Assembly: GCF_001194135.2 (NCBI RefSeq)
Contig: NC_068983.1
Coordinates: 156,617,462 to 156,669,762, forward strand
From: Octopus bimaculoides
Taxonomy: Eukaryota
Reading direction: 5' to 3'
DNA: 52,301 nt
This document shows, piece after piece, positions 24,521 through 36,860 of this stretch. Made by a program: the position numbers and the translations under genes. The notes under the pieces were generated by a model. The model did not search any database. It was given only the letters and a program-made list of their open reading frames with translations, and was not told where the DNA came from. Every line of letters begins with the position of its first letter. The first letter of the stretch is position 1.

Positions 24521-24991
24521 TATTTACAGACATATTTTTACTTTGATAAGGGATCTGATCCGACGTCTCAGAAAATCTAATCTTTCAGATTTGTTTTACA
24601 CTACATGAGCACGTTTGGCGAGATATAGGTACTATTTAATCAATTGTGATGGGTCGCAGAAATTTGAGAGATATGTCCACACTTTTGACATTTATACTCA
24701 GAAAACAAAAGGAAGTAACAATATAGCCCGAATAATTTTCCTTGTACTTGGTGTATTTTACCAATATATAACATGCAATAATATGAAAAAACTCAAACCG
24801 CACATTTGCAGGAAACAAAATAAAAGCACAGATATCAGATCAGCTAGATTTAATATTAAGGAGAACATAATACAATAAGGACAATAAAACAAGAGAATAC
24901 AGAATATAGGAAGAAATAACTGTAACAGAACCACCATGCAAGAAATTCCTTTCACGGAATCAAACTACAGGCAGGTCGAGCAACTGAATTA

Positions 24992-25045
24992 CCTAATCTC
25001 TTCAGCTGACAAAAATTCCCTAATCTCTGCAGCTGACAAAAATTT
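24992..25045. repeat. 27-bp tandem duplication
   Basis: CCTAATCTCT[T/G]CAGCTGACAAAAATT[C/T] twice. Confidence 0.95.
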
Positions 25046-25199
25046 AAAAAAATAAAATATTCGAACAATTATATTGAAAAATATCCATCTACAATTAGTG
25101 AAATGAAAAAAAAAGTTTCCAATACGAAAGAAAAAAATAGAGAAAGTATACTAACAAAAGTAGACACTCTGGTAAGAAGCGTTTTAGGAATAAATATCA

Positions 25200-25870
25200 A
25201 CAAAAGCATTCAGGTTAGGATACACAGGAAAATGTTTCTCTGTGGCAAGACACGAGAAGCCACACCGATATGAACAGAAGTTCTGGCAGAGAGAATGTAG
25301 AACAAAAGAGAGAATAATACTGAAAGAAAATAAACCAGAAAGTGAAGCGTCTTTAAAAAGAAATACATTAACGCCGCAAGCATGACATAGCATTGTTGAA
25401 AATAAATTGAACGGCAACCGACTGAAGAGAACCAGGGTGCGAAAATATTCCTAATTTCTGTCTGATGCATTTTGAGCGTTACTCACTAATCAGTAGAAAC
25501 TGCATTCAATAGGCTGGTGGTAAGCAAACCGAAATCATCACATGAATGGCTGCTGTAGAGGAATCAATTTCAATTTCCCTTTCTTCAAGAAACAACCGGA
25601 AAATCCCAAATATGTATTCACAAAACTTACTTGCAAATAATTTACGAAGCTCTTGCATTAATAATCTATTACAGAGTAGTTGTTTAACTACAGAGCATTA
25701 ATATCTTACGAAAGGACCAGAAAGGATGTCGGAGAGGGGTGTAAATTTGTTTGAAATAGTTTCTGGTAAACAAAGATTTTAAAGAAGACAGCAAAGAAAA
25801 GAAACTAAACATTGGGATGGAATAGGTTGATTATCGAAAAACATGTGATAGTATACCATGCTATGATTCT
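25200..25870 (+). mobile_element. R4/Dong-type LINE RT fragment, decayed
   Basis: EQKFWQ, then DQKGCRRG, EDSKEKKLNIGME*VDYRKTCDSIP (compare EQKGCRR..GCKDQL...KNLxMAWIDYKKAYDSVP). Confidence 0.65.
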
Positions 25871-26499
25871 TAAGACACTCCTTATAAATACTAACAAACA
25901 TAGCTGTTGCAATAGACATTGCAATGCGATTGAATGATAGATGATAGCCTCGGGTTCAATCTCATTACGCGTCACATAGAACAAATATCTCATACTATAG
26001 CCTCATATAGACCATTGCCGTGTATGAAAGTCTATCGAAAGGAAGGTTCCTAATCTGAGATAGGGGATTTGAGGTTTTACACGGTTTATCTTCACCGCCC
26101 TGACACTGTACTACATTTTAATGGAGGTTAAATACTTATTATAGACACATTAGGAAGACGCAAGTGCAGAACCATGGGTTCTGATATATTAAGAATAGTA
26201 AATGATACCTTTGCTGTTGTGCGAAAAGCTTTCTAAGCTGGAATATTTGTTACTCTAACATAAGAGGAAACAGCTATTAGTGGCATACAATAGAGCTCGG
26301 TATACGTAAATGATGAAACGCAATGATGCAGAAGTGCAAGCGGCCTATGGTCTGATGATATAATTCGTGTTCTAGTATTATGTTTACAGCTACATTGTCT
26401 ATAAGAAGAATATCTTCTCTCGGGACAACTTGTATAGCGTATTATCTTACTGTGTATGCGAACAAGGTGAATAAGACTGTACAAACTTTTCTTTTTCTA

Positions 26500-26781
26500 A
26501 GCCTGGTCTGTTTTTGTCGACCCGCTATAAAAGGAGGTAACAAATAAACCGACAACAGTAGTCAAGCGAAAAAGGCAAAGACACACATACAAACGCCAAT
26601 CCCCGGCATATATATGCACGAGGGGATTCTTTCAGTTTCCGGCAGTAAAATCTTCTCGAGAGGCTTTGGTCAGCCCGGGGTTATAACAGGAGACCTTTGC
26701 TCAAGGTGTCACGCAGTGGTACTGAAATCGGAATTATGCCGATGGCAAATAGACTTCTTACAACACAGCCACGACGCACCT
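26500..26781 (-). mobile_element. SINE family A, old diverged copy
   Basis: TTCTTTCAGTTTCC...GCTTTGGTC...CAAGGTGTCACGCAGTGG...ACACAGCCAC..CGCACCTA. Confidence 0.75.
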
Positions 26782-26893
26782 ATATACGTATGTGTTTGTC
26801 TATGTATCTCTATATATGCGTGTGCTAGCGTAGGTGTGCATTGGATCTGCAAGTGTGTGCGTATTTGTGACAGAGAGAGACAGAGAGTGTGTG

Positions 26894-26934
<41 letters not shown>

Positions 26935-27398
26935 TAATCTATACAGTTATGACAGAATAACTTATAGGTTTTATGTTTTCATGACAAGTAACCGTTTTTC
27001 GTATTAATAAATATATAATACTCATTTCGTAAATTGTCTATAGAATAACTATTAATGAATGACTGAAATTTCGGCTGTCATTGTAAACAATTATTTGAAC
27101 TCTATCCTCTTGCTAACAGAGACATTCTAGTCCATTTTTATCATTCACCAAATAATTTTCTTTAACNNNNNNNNNNNNNNNNNNNNNNNNNNNNNNNNNN
27201 NNNNNNNNNNNNNNNNNNNNNNNNNNNNNNNNNNNNNNNNNNNNNNNNNNNNNNNNNNNNNNNNNNNNNNNNNNNNNNNNNNNNNNNNNNNNNNNNNNNN
27301 NNNNNNNNNNNNNNNNNNNNNNNNNNNNNNNNNNNNNNNNNNNNNNNNNNNNNNNNNNNNNNNNNNNNNNNNNNNNNNNNNNNNNNNNNNNNNNNNNN

Positions 27399-27444
<46 letters not shown>

Positions 27445-27479
27445 AAGTCTATATACTGTGATATGTCTGTGTATATATG

Positions 27480-28062
27480 TATGTATGTCTATTTTCTCCT
27501 ACCCACCTCTCCTCTATTGCTTCGACTTCTACTTCTTCTCTTCACTCCTACTTTCTTTCTCTCTTCTCTTCCCTCCTACCCACCTCCTCCTTCTCTCTCT
27601 CCCTTCATCGTCACCTTCCCTCGTAACCCCACCCCTACACAATCCAACACAACATCACTACACATCACACCACCACGCACCCACTAGCACTGACCACTTC
27701 CCAGCCCCACATGCACACACCTACACATACACACACGTCAAAGTTACCAACCCTCTTCCACACGCACATACATGCTTATACATTCGCACATGCACCTTCG
27801 TTTGGGGATCACCACGACTTTATTATCTCCCATTCTTCCTACCTCTCCTGTGTGACCCCTCTGTCCGGCATTCGCCAGGATAGATCGCTAGCCACAACAC
27901 ACTCTTTACTTTCTCTCCTTGTTTCTTTCTGTGCTCCTTTCTGTGGAAGAGCGTAGGCTCGAAACGTTAAAGACTTTTACATTTCCCGAACGTTAAACTA
28001 ATACGTCTGTTTGTTGTCTACACCATCTGTCTTCGTTTTTTGCTTTATTGTCAATTCTTCCC
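27480..28062 (+). mobile_element. Probable Penelope-like 3' terminal region: pyrimidine-rich tract, hammerhead-like motif and 90-bp tail, followed by (TA)n
   Basis: Terminal 126 bp are repeated at 10302-10432. The architecture matches recalled PLE pseudo-LTRs. Confidence 0.55.
27937..27972 (+). ncRNA. Minimal type I hammerhead-ribozyme-like fold with variant core
   Basis: [CTTT] CTGTGGA A [GAGC GTAG GCTC] GAAA C GT T [AAAG]: stem I 4 bp, stem II 4 bp, palindromic AACGTT at stem III. Confidence 0.6.
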
Positions 28063-28609
28063 TATATATATATATATATATATATATATNNNNNNNNNNN
28101 NNNNNNNNNNNNNNNNNNNNNNNNNNNNNNNNNNNNNNNNNNNNNNNNNNNNNNNNNNNNNNNNNNNNNNNNNNNNNNNNNNNNNNNNNNNNNNNNNNNN
28201 NNNNNNNNNNNNNNNNNNNNNNNNNNNNNNNNNNNNNNNNNNNNNNNNNNNNNNNNNNNNNNNNNNNNNNNNNNNNNNNNNNNNNNNNNNNNNNNNNNNN
28301 NNNNNNNNNNNNNNNNNNNNNNNNNNNNNNNNNNNNNNNNNNNNNNNNNNNNNNNNNNNNNNNNNNNNNNNNNNNNNNNNNNNNNNNNNNNNNNNNNNNN
28401 NNNNNNNNNNNNNNNNNNNNNNNNNNNNNNNNNNNNNNNNNNNNNNNNNNNNNNNNNNNNNNNNNNNNNNNNNNNNNNNNNNNNNNNNNNNNNNNNNNNN
28501 NNNNNNNNNNNNNNNNNNNNNNNNNNNNNNNNNNNNNNNNNNNNNNNNNNNNNNNNNNNNNNNNNNNNNNNNNNNNNNNNNNNNNNNNNNNNNNNNNNNN
28601 NNNNNNNNN

Positions 28610-29400
28610 GTATATGGTTCTGCTAATTACAACTTAATGGTAAAAATCAAAAGTCTTCGTTTTGGCGCCCTAATTCCGGGAATATGTCTGCAGAAAATAG
28701 TTACTGCGTCGCATATATCCACTTTGAGAACTTGGTTATGGTTAAACAAATTAAAACATAGGGTAAAAAATCAGATATTAATTAATATCGATTTATTACC
28801 AGGAAGCTAGCACATTTAAAGAATCAGAGAGATTCAGAAAAAGTATCTGAGTGTGATATAAAACATTTAAGCATAACGAAACTTGACGTTCTGAAGATTG
28901 AAAGCTTTATAATATCTATGAATTGCTAGGAAGTATTTTTAGCACTAGGAGGCTTCTGGTCATTCTTCTTGGAACATAATGGTTGAATAGGGAATTCAAC
29001 CAGAATCTTTTTGTCGTTCTAACCCTGTTCGATTTGGACCGTGCGATGGAGGTCTTCCTCCATATATACAAATTTATCTATTTAGCCTCCTCTTCGCTAC
29101 TATCGTTATAGTGGGATGCAGCCCTGTAGAAGATTTCTCGGTCCTCCGACAAATTAGAGATGCTTCTCATATCTGTAACAAGATTACTAATTACATTTGC
29201 GGGTGGTTCGAGCGTCTATGGAGACAAATAATATCCTTCTTTGAATTTGATTTTAGTTGTTGCCCGCCCTGAGAGGATACCCCCAGGAAAAATAGGCGTT
29301 TCTCAAGTTCGTTGCATCAGTTATATTTAGCTCAAATTTTTATCAGCTTAACTATAACATGGCCATTGAAAAGGATTGTGACTGCCAAACAACAATACCT
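28610..29400 (-). mobile_element. Decayed Penelope-like element: RT C-terminus, linker and partial endonuclease
   Basis: KFELNITDATNL, PPANVISNLVTDMRSISNLSEDREIFYRAASHYND and KRFWLNSLFNHYV (compare GLxITxxxN, HPPxIIKNL...RISNLSSxxxIFxxAAxxYN, RKIxWFNPPFNxxV). Confidence 0.7.
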
Positions 29401-29499
29401 ACACTGAGTCGAACTATTAGGATGTGTACATATTTGTAAGATATCTACTGTAAATAACCATACAAGTTAAAGAAATCATGCCCGTCATAGATCGAGAGA

Positions 29500-29576
<77 letters not shown>

Positions 29577-29934
29577 TTCAGTATGTGAAAAATGTTCTAC
29601 ATCACTGTGACGAATAGGTATTATTAGATAATATATTGACGTATGAATACTCGGGATATATAAAATGTTTTTTCCTACTCCCTTTGAACATCACTTTGCA
29701 TACGAATGCATTCTTCTTTTTGCGATAAGTGAATTTTCTATCATTTATGAAGCATACATGAAATGATATGTGCACATATATATGTATACATACATATATA
29801 TATACATACATATACATATATATATATGCATACATATATATATATACATACATATATATATATACATACATATATATATACATACATATATATATATATA
29901 TATATACATACATATATACATACATATACAAAAA

Positions 29935-30197
29935 AGATCACCACAATCCAGCAGATGAACTACAGGGAGCGACTGCAGGCACTAGGTCTCTACTCCCTGG
30001 AACGCAGGCGGGAGAGATATGTAATAATATACATATGGAAAATACTGGAAGGACTGGGGCCGAACTTTGGCATCAAGTACTACAGGAACGCCTGCACGGG
30101 TCGCCACTGCATGGTGCCAAAGATAACGTCCACTGCATCTCACATAGGAACAAGATACTGCAACAGCCTCGGTTTCAGAGGACCTCAGCTCTTCAAT
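29935..30197 (+). mobile_element. CR1-group LINE RT C-terminal fragment
   Basis: [40 protein letters not shown]...[15 protein letters not shown]; truncated by a gap. Confidence 0.9.
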
Positions 30198-30297
30198 NNN
30201 NNNNNNNNNNNNNNNNNNNNNNNNNNNNNNNNNNNNNNNNNNNNNNNNNNNNNNNNNNNNNNNNNNNNNNNNNNNNNNNNNNNNNNNNNNNNNNNNN

Positions 30298-30502
30298 TTC
30301 ACATCATGAATGATGTCCGTATTGTTCGTGAAGCAGACTGCCTTCTTCCAACTGTTAAACATGGAGATGGATCTATGATGATCTGGGGGGAGTCTATATT
30401 TTGGAAATCCGCCGGCCCAATGGTTTCCTTTCATAGCAGAATTAATAGTCAAGACTATTTAAGCATTTTATCTGATCAGATTCATCCTATGATTGCGGAA
30501 AT
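30298..30502 (+). mobile_element. Tc1-type (DD34E) transposase fragment
   Basis: CLLPTVKHGDGSMMIWG...AGPMVSFHSRINSQDYLSILSDQIHP (compare PTVKHGGGSVMVWG...GPLV). Confidence 0.85.
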
Positions 30503-30830
30503 GTATTCAAACGCATGGCTCGGATATACTGCCACACCCGCGTACTCTCCTGATTTGGCACCAACGTATTTCCACCTCTTTGGATCTCTTTCAAATGCTA
30601 TGCGCGAAGTTTCGTTCAATACTGATGCAGAATTGAGAGCTTGGTTGGATCAATTTTTCGAGTCGAAATCGTGTGATTTCTACCAACGAGGTATTGAAAA
30701 TCATGTTGAACGGTGGGAAGAAGTTGTAAACAACAAGGGTGAATACATTATTGATTAATTAGTTATTTTTATTAAACCTTTAAAATAAAATCAATTTTAA
30801 AAAACGGCGGGAACTTAGTTGCCAATGTAA
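30503..30830 (+). mobile_element. Mariner (DD34D) transposase C-terminus with 3' terminal inverted repeat
   Basis: PAYSPDLAPTYFHLFGSLSN...FYQRGIENHVERWEEVVNNKGEYIID*, then the TIR-like GAACTTAGTTGCCAATGTAATA. Confidence 0.92.
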
Positions 30831-30850
30831 TAAATAAAAATTGGATGAAT

Positions 30851-31244
30851 AACATTGGTATCAGTTAGGATTAAATTGGTCAGGATAAAATTCCCGTTGT
30901 TCTAAGAAAAAATATTTGTATTTAAAGTTTTAGATATATAAAAAGACTATATTGTACTCACTTACATGCTAGAGAAGAAATTTAAAAACTGGTGTTACAG
31001 GAAGATGGATCCAAGTGTAACACAACACGAGTGCTGTAATGTAGTCTACAATAATGTCTACTAGAAGTTGTACAATGAAAAATATAAAATTGGTGTCATT
31101 TAGGATTAAATTGGTTAGCATATAATTTCCGGTGTTCTAAGAAAAAACATATTTGGTATTTACAAATATCAGTTGTATAAAAAAAGAAACTATATTGTAC
31201 TCATTTACGAAATACTAGAGAAATTAAAAACCGCTGTTACAGGA
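30851..31244. repeat. Diverged direct repeat, two units of about 155 bp (30851-31002 and 31086-31244)
   Basis: Shared TTAGGATTAAATTGGT...GTTCTAAGAAAAAA...ACTATATTGTACTCA...TGTTACAGGA. Confidence 0.85.
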
Positions 31245-31821
31245 TAAATTCCGTAGGTCCAAATTTGATTAATTAGTAATCTCTCTTTTTTTATATATAT
31301 ATATATATGGTTAATCATATCATTTTTTATTTTAAAAACTGTAAAATAGCTTGTGTTTCACTATAGTAATATGTCAACAAATTCCACTGATAAAATATAT
31401 CAATGCATTCGTGTAGTTTAAATTTTAATATTTATATATTGAAATATATTAAAATATATTAAAAGTATCAACAGTCATTAATGCTGGATTATAAGATTTT
31501 ATAAAAATAAAAGATAAAGTGTTCAATATACAGCATTTATGTAAAAATAGGGGCTATATGAAAAATATATATATTTGGGTTTTATTTAATGGTAATGAGA
31601 TAGATATTATAGATTAGTAGTAAGGGTTAAGGTAAATTATTAAATGGTATAATTACAAGATTAAGAGATCAATAGACTAAATTTATACTTATATGTTGGT
31701 GTTAAATATGATTTATATAATTATTGTCATAGTAAATAATTATAATATTATCAATTATTTATTATTTAAAATGTGGGTTATGTGGGTGTTCATAATATTA
31801 AAAATTTAAGCGGTGGAATAT

Positions 31822-32047
31822 ACTCTTTTACTCGTTTCAGTCATTTGATTGCGGCCATGATGGAGCACCGCCTTTAGTCGAACAAATCGGCCCCAGGACT
31901 TATTCTTTGTAAGCCTAGTACTTATTCTATCAGTCTCTTTTGCCGAGCCGCTAAGTTACGGGGACGTAAACACACCAGCATCGGTTGTCAAGCGATGGTG
32001 GGAGGGGGACAAACACAGACACACAAACACACACACANNNNNNNNNN

Positions 32048-32092
<45 letters not shown>

Positions 32093-32252
32093 TACGACGG
32101 GCTTCTTTCAGTTTCCGTCTACCAAATCCACTCACCAGGCTTTGGTAGGCCCGACGCTATAGTAGAAGACACACGTGCCTAAGGTGCCGCGCAGTGGGAC
32201 TGAATCTAGAATCATGTGGTTGGTAAGCAAGCTACTTACCACTCCTGCGCAT
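31822..32252 (-). mobile_element. SINE family A, full length
   Basis: Co-linear with 8821-9300; small deletion in the A-box region. Confidence 0.92.
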
Positions 32253-33127
32253 AGAAAATATATTGCTGTTTGTACATATATATTAAGGAAGTTTCTATCA
32301 ATATATTTGGTTAAACCCAGTTGGCATCTGGATTGTTTTTAACAATCCCTTACGAGGATATTNNNNNNNNNNNNNNNNNNNNNNNNNNNNNNNNNNNNNN
32401 NNNNNNNNNNNNNNNNNNNNNNNNNNNNNNNNNNNNNNNNNNNNNNNNNNNNNNNNNNNNNNNNNNNNNNNNNNNNNNNNNNNNNNNNNNNNNNNNNNNN
32501 NNNNNNNNNNNNNNNNNNNNNNNNNNNNNNNNNNNNNNNNNNNNNNNNNNNNNNNNNNNNNNNNNNNNNNNNNNNNNNNNNNNNNNNNNNNNNNNNNNNN
32601 NNNNNNNNNNNNNNNNNNNNNNNNNNNNNNNNNNNNNNNNNNNNNNNNNNNNNNNNNNNNNNNNNNNNNNNNNNNNNNNNNNNNNNNNNNNNNNNNNNNN
32701 NNNNNNNNNNNNNNNNNNNNNNNNNNNNNNNNNNNNNNNNNNNNNNNNNNNNNNNNNNNNNNNNNNNNNNNNNNNNNNNNNNNNNNNNNNNNNNNNNNNN
32801 NNNNNNNNNNNNATTTACATCATTGTACTGCAGATTACATATTGGGATTTTTGCACACTACCTTAAACCGATGTAAGTAGTTTTTCTGCATAAAATATGT
32901 TATTAACCAATTGACAAGTTTGAGTCCCGTGTTGAGATTTCACCAGCGAATGAAAACTTAAAGACATTGTAATGCGGATCATTCCATCCATTTTTTTCTC
33001 TTTGAGATACAGCTTATTTTGGATCACATTATGCAATCTGTCTTGTCATTTCAATATTATAGAGACTGATGTTGCTGTTGCATTTGATAGTTCGAGTGAC
33101 TATGTAGGTAAATCTTATGTACCTGTG

Positions 33128-33194
<67 letters not shown>

Positions 33195-33199
33195 GTACA

Positions 33200-33352
33200 T
33201 GACGGGCTTCTTTCAGTTTCTGTCTACCAAATCCACTCACTAGGCATTGGTCCTTTTCAAGGCTACAGTAGAAAATACCCAAGATGTCACATAAGGAGTT
33301 TGAACCCGAAGCGTTGTGGTTGTTAAGCAAACTCTTTACCACGCAGCACACT
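33200..33352 (-). mobile_element. SINE family A, 5' half, diverged
   Basis: GACGGGCTTCTTTCAGTTTC.GTCTACCAAATCCACTCAC...TGAACCCGAA. Confidence 0.8.
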
Positions 33353-33418
33353 TCTTTTTTATGAATATTCATCATGAGTAGTGAAAACGCTGTATCTATT
33401 CGTCAAGTTAGTGAAATA

Positions 33419-33470
33419 TGACCTTATATTCAAATTCCAAAAAAAAAATGTGACCTTATATTCAAATTCC
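33419..33470. repeat. 20-bp direct repeat with 32-bp period
   Basis: TGACCTTATATTCAAATTCC at 33419 and 33451. Confidence 0.95.
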
Positions 33471-33699
33471 CAAAATAAAACTCCAAAGACCTGCTAAATT
33501 TAACGAATTACAAAGACTTGAGAAGGAGAACTATTGATTTTTAACATGAGCAAAACATGGATTAAAAAAAATACAAACCATAAAACGATGGAAATGTGAG
33601 CGTATATTATATGACGAAGAGGAAATATTTACGTGTACAAAAACAAAGATAAAACTGTATGAAAAATATCAAAGTAGAAGAGCAACACAGCTATAAACT

Positions 33700-35100
33700 G
33701 CATCTAAAACATCCCTGTTATATCCCTCGTTATTGCACTAAATGACCATAAAATTCATGTAAATTCTAACTTATTTATTCACCAGATTTCGCATTTCAAA
33801 AGATGTAAACATCACTGCAGTGTTTATCAAAATATTCTGTAAGTCAAAAATCATGATAAATTATGATTTATTCACTTGTACATGTATTAATTTTAAAGTC
33901 TCGTTTAGCCAGGGAAACTTTCGTAAGTTGTTTAATTCATGATGTTTACAATCTACATACTTGAAGGTTTGCCTATCGTGCACACTCATAGATATCCATT
34001 CCTTTATGAAGTAGAGGGAATAATTAGATAGAAGGAACTACAAGTATACTAAAAATATGTCTATTGAAATCAAGCGTAATACTATTTTAACCAAATGTCA
34101 TCGAGTTATTCGTCATATAATTTAAATAAAAGATGTTATTAGGGGCCGGTTTGATGATAGAGAAATCTCTGAAGTTGCAGATATTTTCAACATCGTGGGG
34201 ATCAAGTATGATGACAATAGTGTTATGGAAGAAACAACAAAGATGATGACCTCAACCGTTCAAACAACTTGTGCAGGTTTATACTCTCTTTCAGAATGTG
34301 AATCAGAGCAACAATATTCAGTAAATTTCGTTTCGGAATAACACTTCAATAAAACATAGCGATAATTATACGAAAGACCAAAGAACGCCCCAGGAAACTA
34401 AAGAAAAAAATAATACAAACACGTCTGTGACTAAGCGTAGCCTAAAAATATCATCATCGATATAAAGATGTTATCTTCCTGCGAAGCTACGTTCAAAATA
34501 CCAGTAAGTTATATGAAGCATTGTTTCGTAATTTTGCCACTATCCTATAACATCAAGTGCTGACCAATAACACACAGCAAACAGTCCTATTAAGCTGCTA
34601 GGAAGATGAATATAATATGATACAAACCTCCATACAACAACAATGTGAGCGCCTACTTCGAGACAATTATGAACGTAAGCACATTTCAGTTACCTGGAAC
34701 AATGAGCATAATTGATAAACTCTACTTTGGGGATCTGCTCTAACACTAGAATGATGTACTAACAGCATTTTCGGAAACTGTCTTTGCAGAGAATTAAATT
34801 TTCTTTAGTGAAGCATTTTTGGATACAAATTCTGCTGACTTTAACAACTTCATCTGCATGCGTTTTATCGAATGCTGTAAATTTAAGAAGCTCAGTGTCA
34901 GGATTATCTTTCTGTATAAATCAGATTTGGTTAAGGTTCTGGATTTCATATATGTTCACATCTCAAATATTCCAAACCGAAAACTGGCAAGTTATGATGA
35001 AAGTATTGAGAACACCCAATGTATCCAAAATACTGTGTAGGAATCTCTCTTAGCAAAACACATAATGAAATGAAATAGTAGATCATTTTTGGAAGCAGCC
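33700..35100 (+). mobile_element. Near-complete but ancient Penelope-like ORF (RT, linker, CxC-like region, GIY-YIG)
   Basis: In family order: VIALNDHK (33729), IDIHSF (33988), DVIRGRFDDREISEVADIF (34132), VGIKYDD (34195), SVNF, LSSCEATF, NII*YKPPYNNNV (34609), FLYKSDL...IYVHIS, LLAKHIMK (about 35050). Confidence 0.7.
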
Positions 35101-36499
35101 ACTTATCACTTATTATATCAACAATGAAATAATAATTAAATATAGTTCAACATCTGTACAGATCATTTTCTTATAGTTAAATCTAACCAACGCATGAACT
35201 GAAACAGCAGAATAATTTATTTAATTGTGAATAAACAAAGAACATTGACCTTATGATAATCGATTCGAACTATCCTAGTTCTGAAAAAGTAATTCAAATG
35301 GAAGACTTAGCATATATAATGTAACCCTTGTATATAGGATAATGACCAAATTCAGAGTAGTTTATATAGTATTCATAGATATCATTTTGATGAAATATTG
35401 GCTGATGTTGCGTAAAGCATATTGATAAAATAAAATTTATCTTCAGACAGCAAGCTACTTGCACGGTTTGTTCAAGTGAACGACTTTCTCTCGGTTGGCT
35501 TCCTTTGTTTTCTTTCGAGTATGTAATCAGGACATGCAGAAGGCCCCGAACATTTACCAGATCTATTTCAACTAATGTGCATTTCATTATTTGTTGAAGC
35601 TAATCCATCGTTCGAGAAGTAGAGAATATTCCTAGTTTCATTAGGCAGGATATAAGTTTAGTTAGACACGCTTACCTTTGCAATGTATTGTAGCGGCTCC
35701 ACACTCTTAATAGGATAGTAATTGGACGATTCAGCTATATGTGATTCATAGCAGGTTGACAGAATGACACAACATGAGATTAGGAAACACTTATCGACCA
35801 GAGGTTTAGGTATAAACCAACAGCAATCGACTGGAAGTGTAGTTTATAGTTTAGATGTTAATGCTTAATCCATCGGCAATTTTTAGTTAATATCCGTACT
35901 CTGGGTGGGTTTATGTTCTTATCGATAAACGCACTAAGACGATGGTAAACAAAAAGAGATATCCAGAAAAACTCGGAAACAAAAGCGCTTAACTAGTTTC
36001 CCTCGTCAGAGACACTAAATAAGCATTTCTGCGTGTTCAGCATTACTCTGTGGCTCAGTGATATTTCGGTATACTTTCACAATCTAGAACGATCTTACAG
36101 CGATCGTAACTTTCAATAAGATCTATGTTTTTAATATATCCACGACATATTTATTTGTGTCGCTACAAACGTCCTTCTATCCATTCAGGTATTTGTTGTT
36201 TTGCTGACGGTATGTATTTTTCTGCACTGACAGGGCAGGTTTGAAACGAAATAGGATTTTAAACATTACGGGCTGTCGCTATATTGTTACCTGAATGGTC
36301 AACGCTTACGGTGATACTTCTTTTGCGCTACTGTTGTGTTCACTAGTATTTAGTATTTAATAACACAACCAGTGGTACTTTTCAAGGAGACTAAACCTTG
36401 TTTGGTAAGAACACGAACATATCATTAAGCAGCTCTCCACAGGATGACAAGGCAATGTAAATCGAATTAGTTATTACTTAAGCTTTAGTGTTTTTTTTT

Positions 36500-36860
36500 T
36501 TTGTTGCTCTTTTCCATTATTTCTCTTTTTCTGGCATTTCCTCTGCCATAAATGCTGCTGCTAAATGTAGTACAATGCGCACGACTGACCACGAAAACTG
36601 GTGCTTTGTTCATATTTCTGTCACTTAAGTTACAGAAAACATGATTTGTAATCTTGTTGTCTCCATGAGCATACATTTTCTCTTTCTGCTCAAGCGATTA
36701 TATAGTCCACATAAAGAAGGAGGGAATGTTTGGATATGGCGCCCACCGATTTCCTTTTTCACCTCTATGATGACTAAATTATCAGGTATATTTTCCTTAG
36801 TTTTGTTTTGATAGTTCGTCGCTGTGTCCTGATGTAAAAGTACCACAAAACGTCTCAGAA
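36500..36860 (-). mobile_element. Possible decayed Penelope-like RT C-terminal fragment
   Basis: HIQTFPPSLCGLYNRLS and CNLSDRNMNKAPVF resemble SNHPPSI...RLS and SNLSS...AxPxY. Confidence 0.4.

Noticed and set aside
28991-29272. 93-codon stop-free plus frame with a transmembrane-like stretch (YIQIYLFSLLFATIVIVG)
   Set aside because: It is the in-register antisense of the minus-strand PLE fossil.
29763-30758. 331-aa ORF as a LINE-transposase fusion protein
   Set aside because: It joins a microsatellite, a CR1 fragment and Tc1/mariner pieces across a 100-N gap of placeholder length, so frame continuity across the gap is meaningless.
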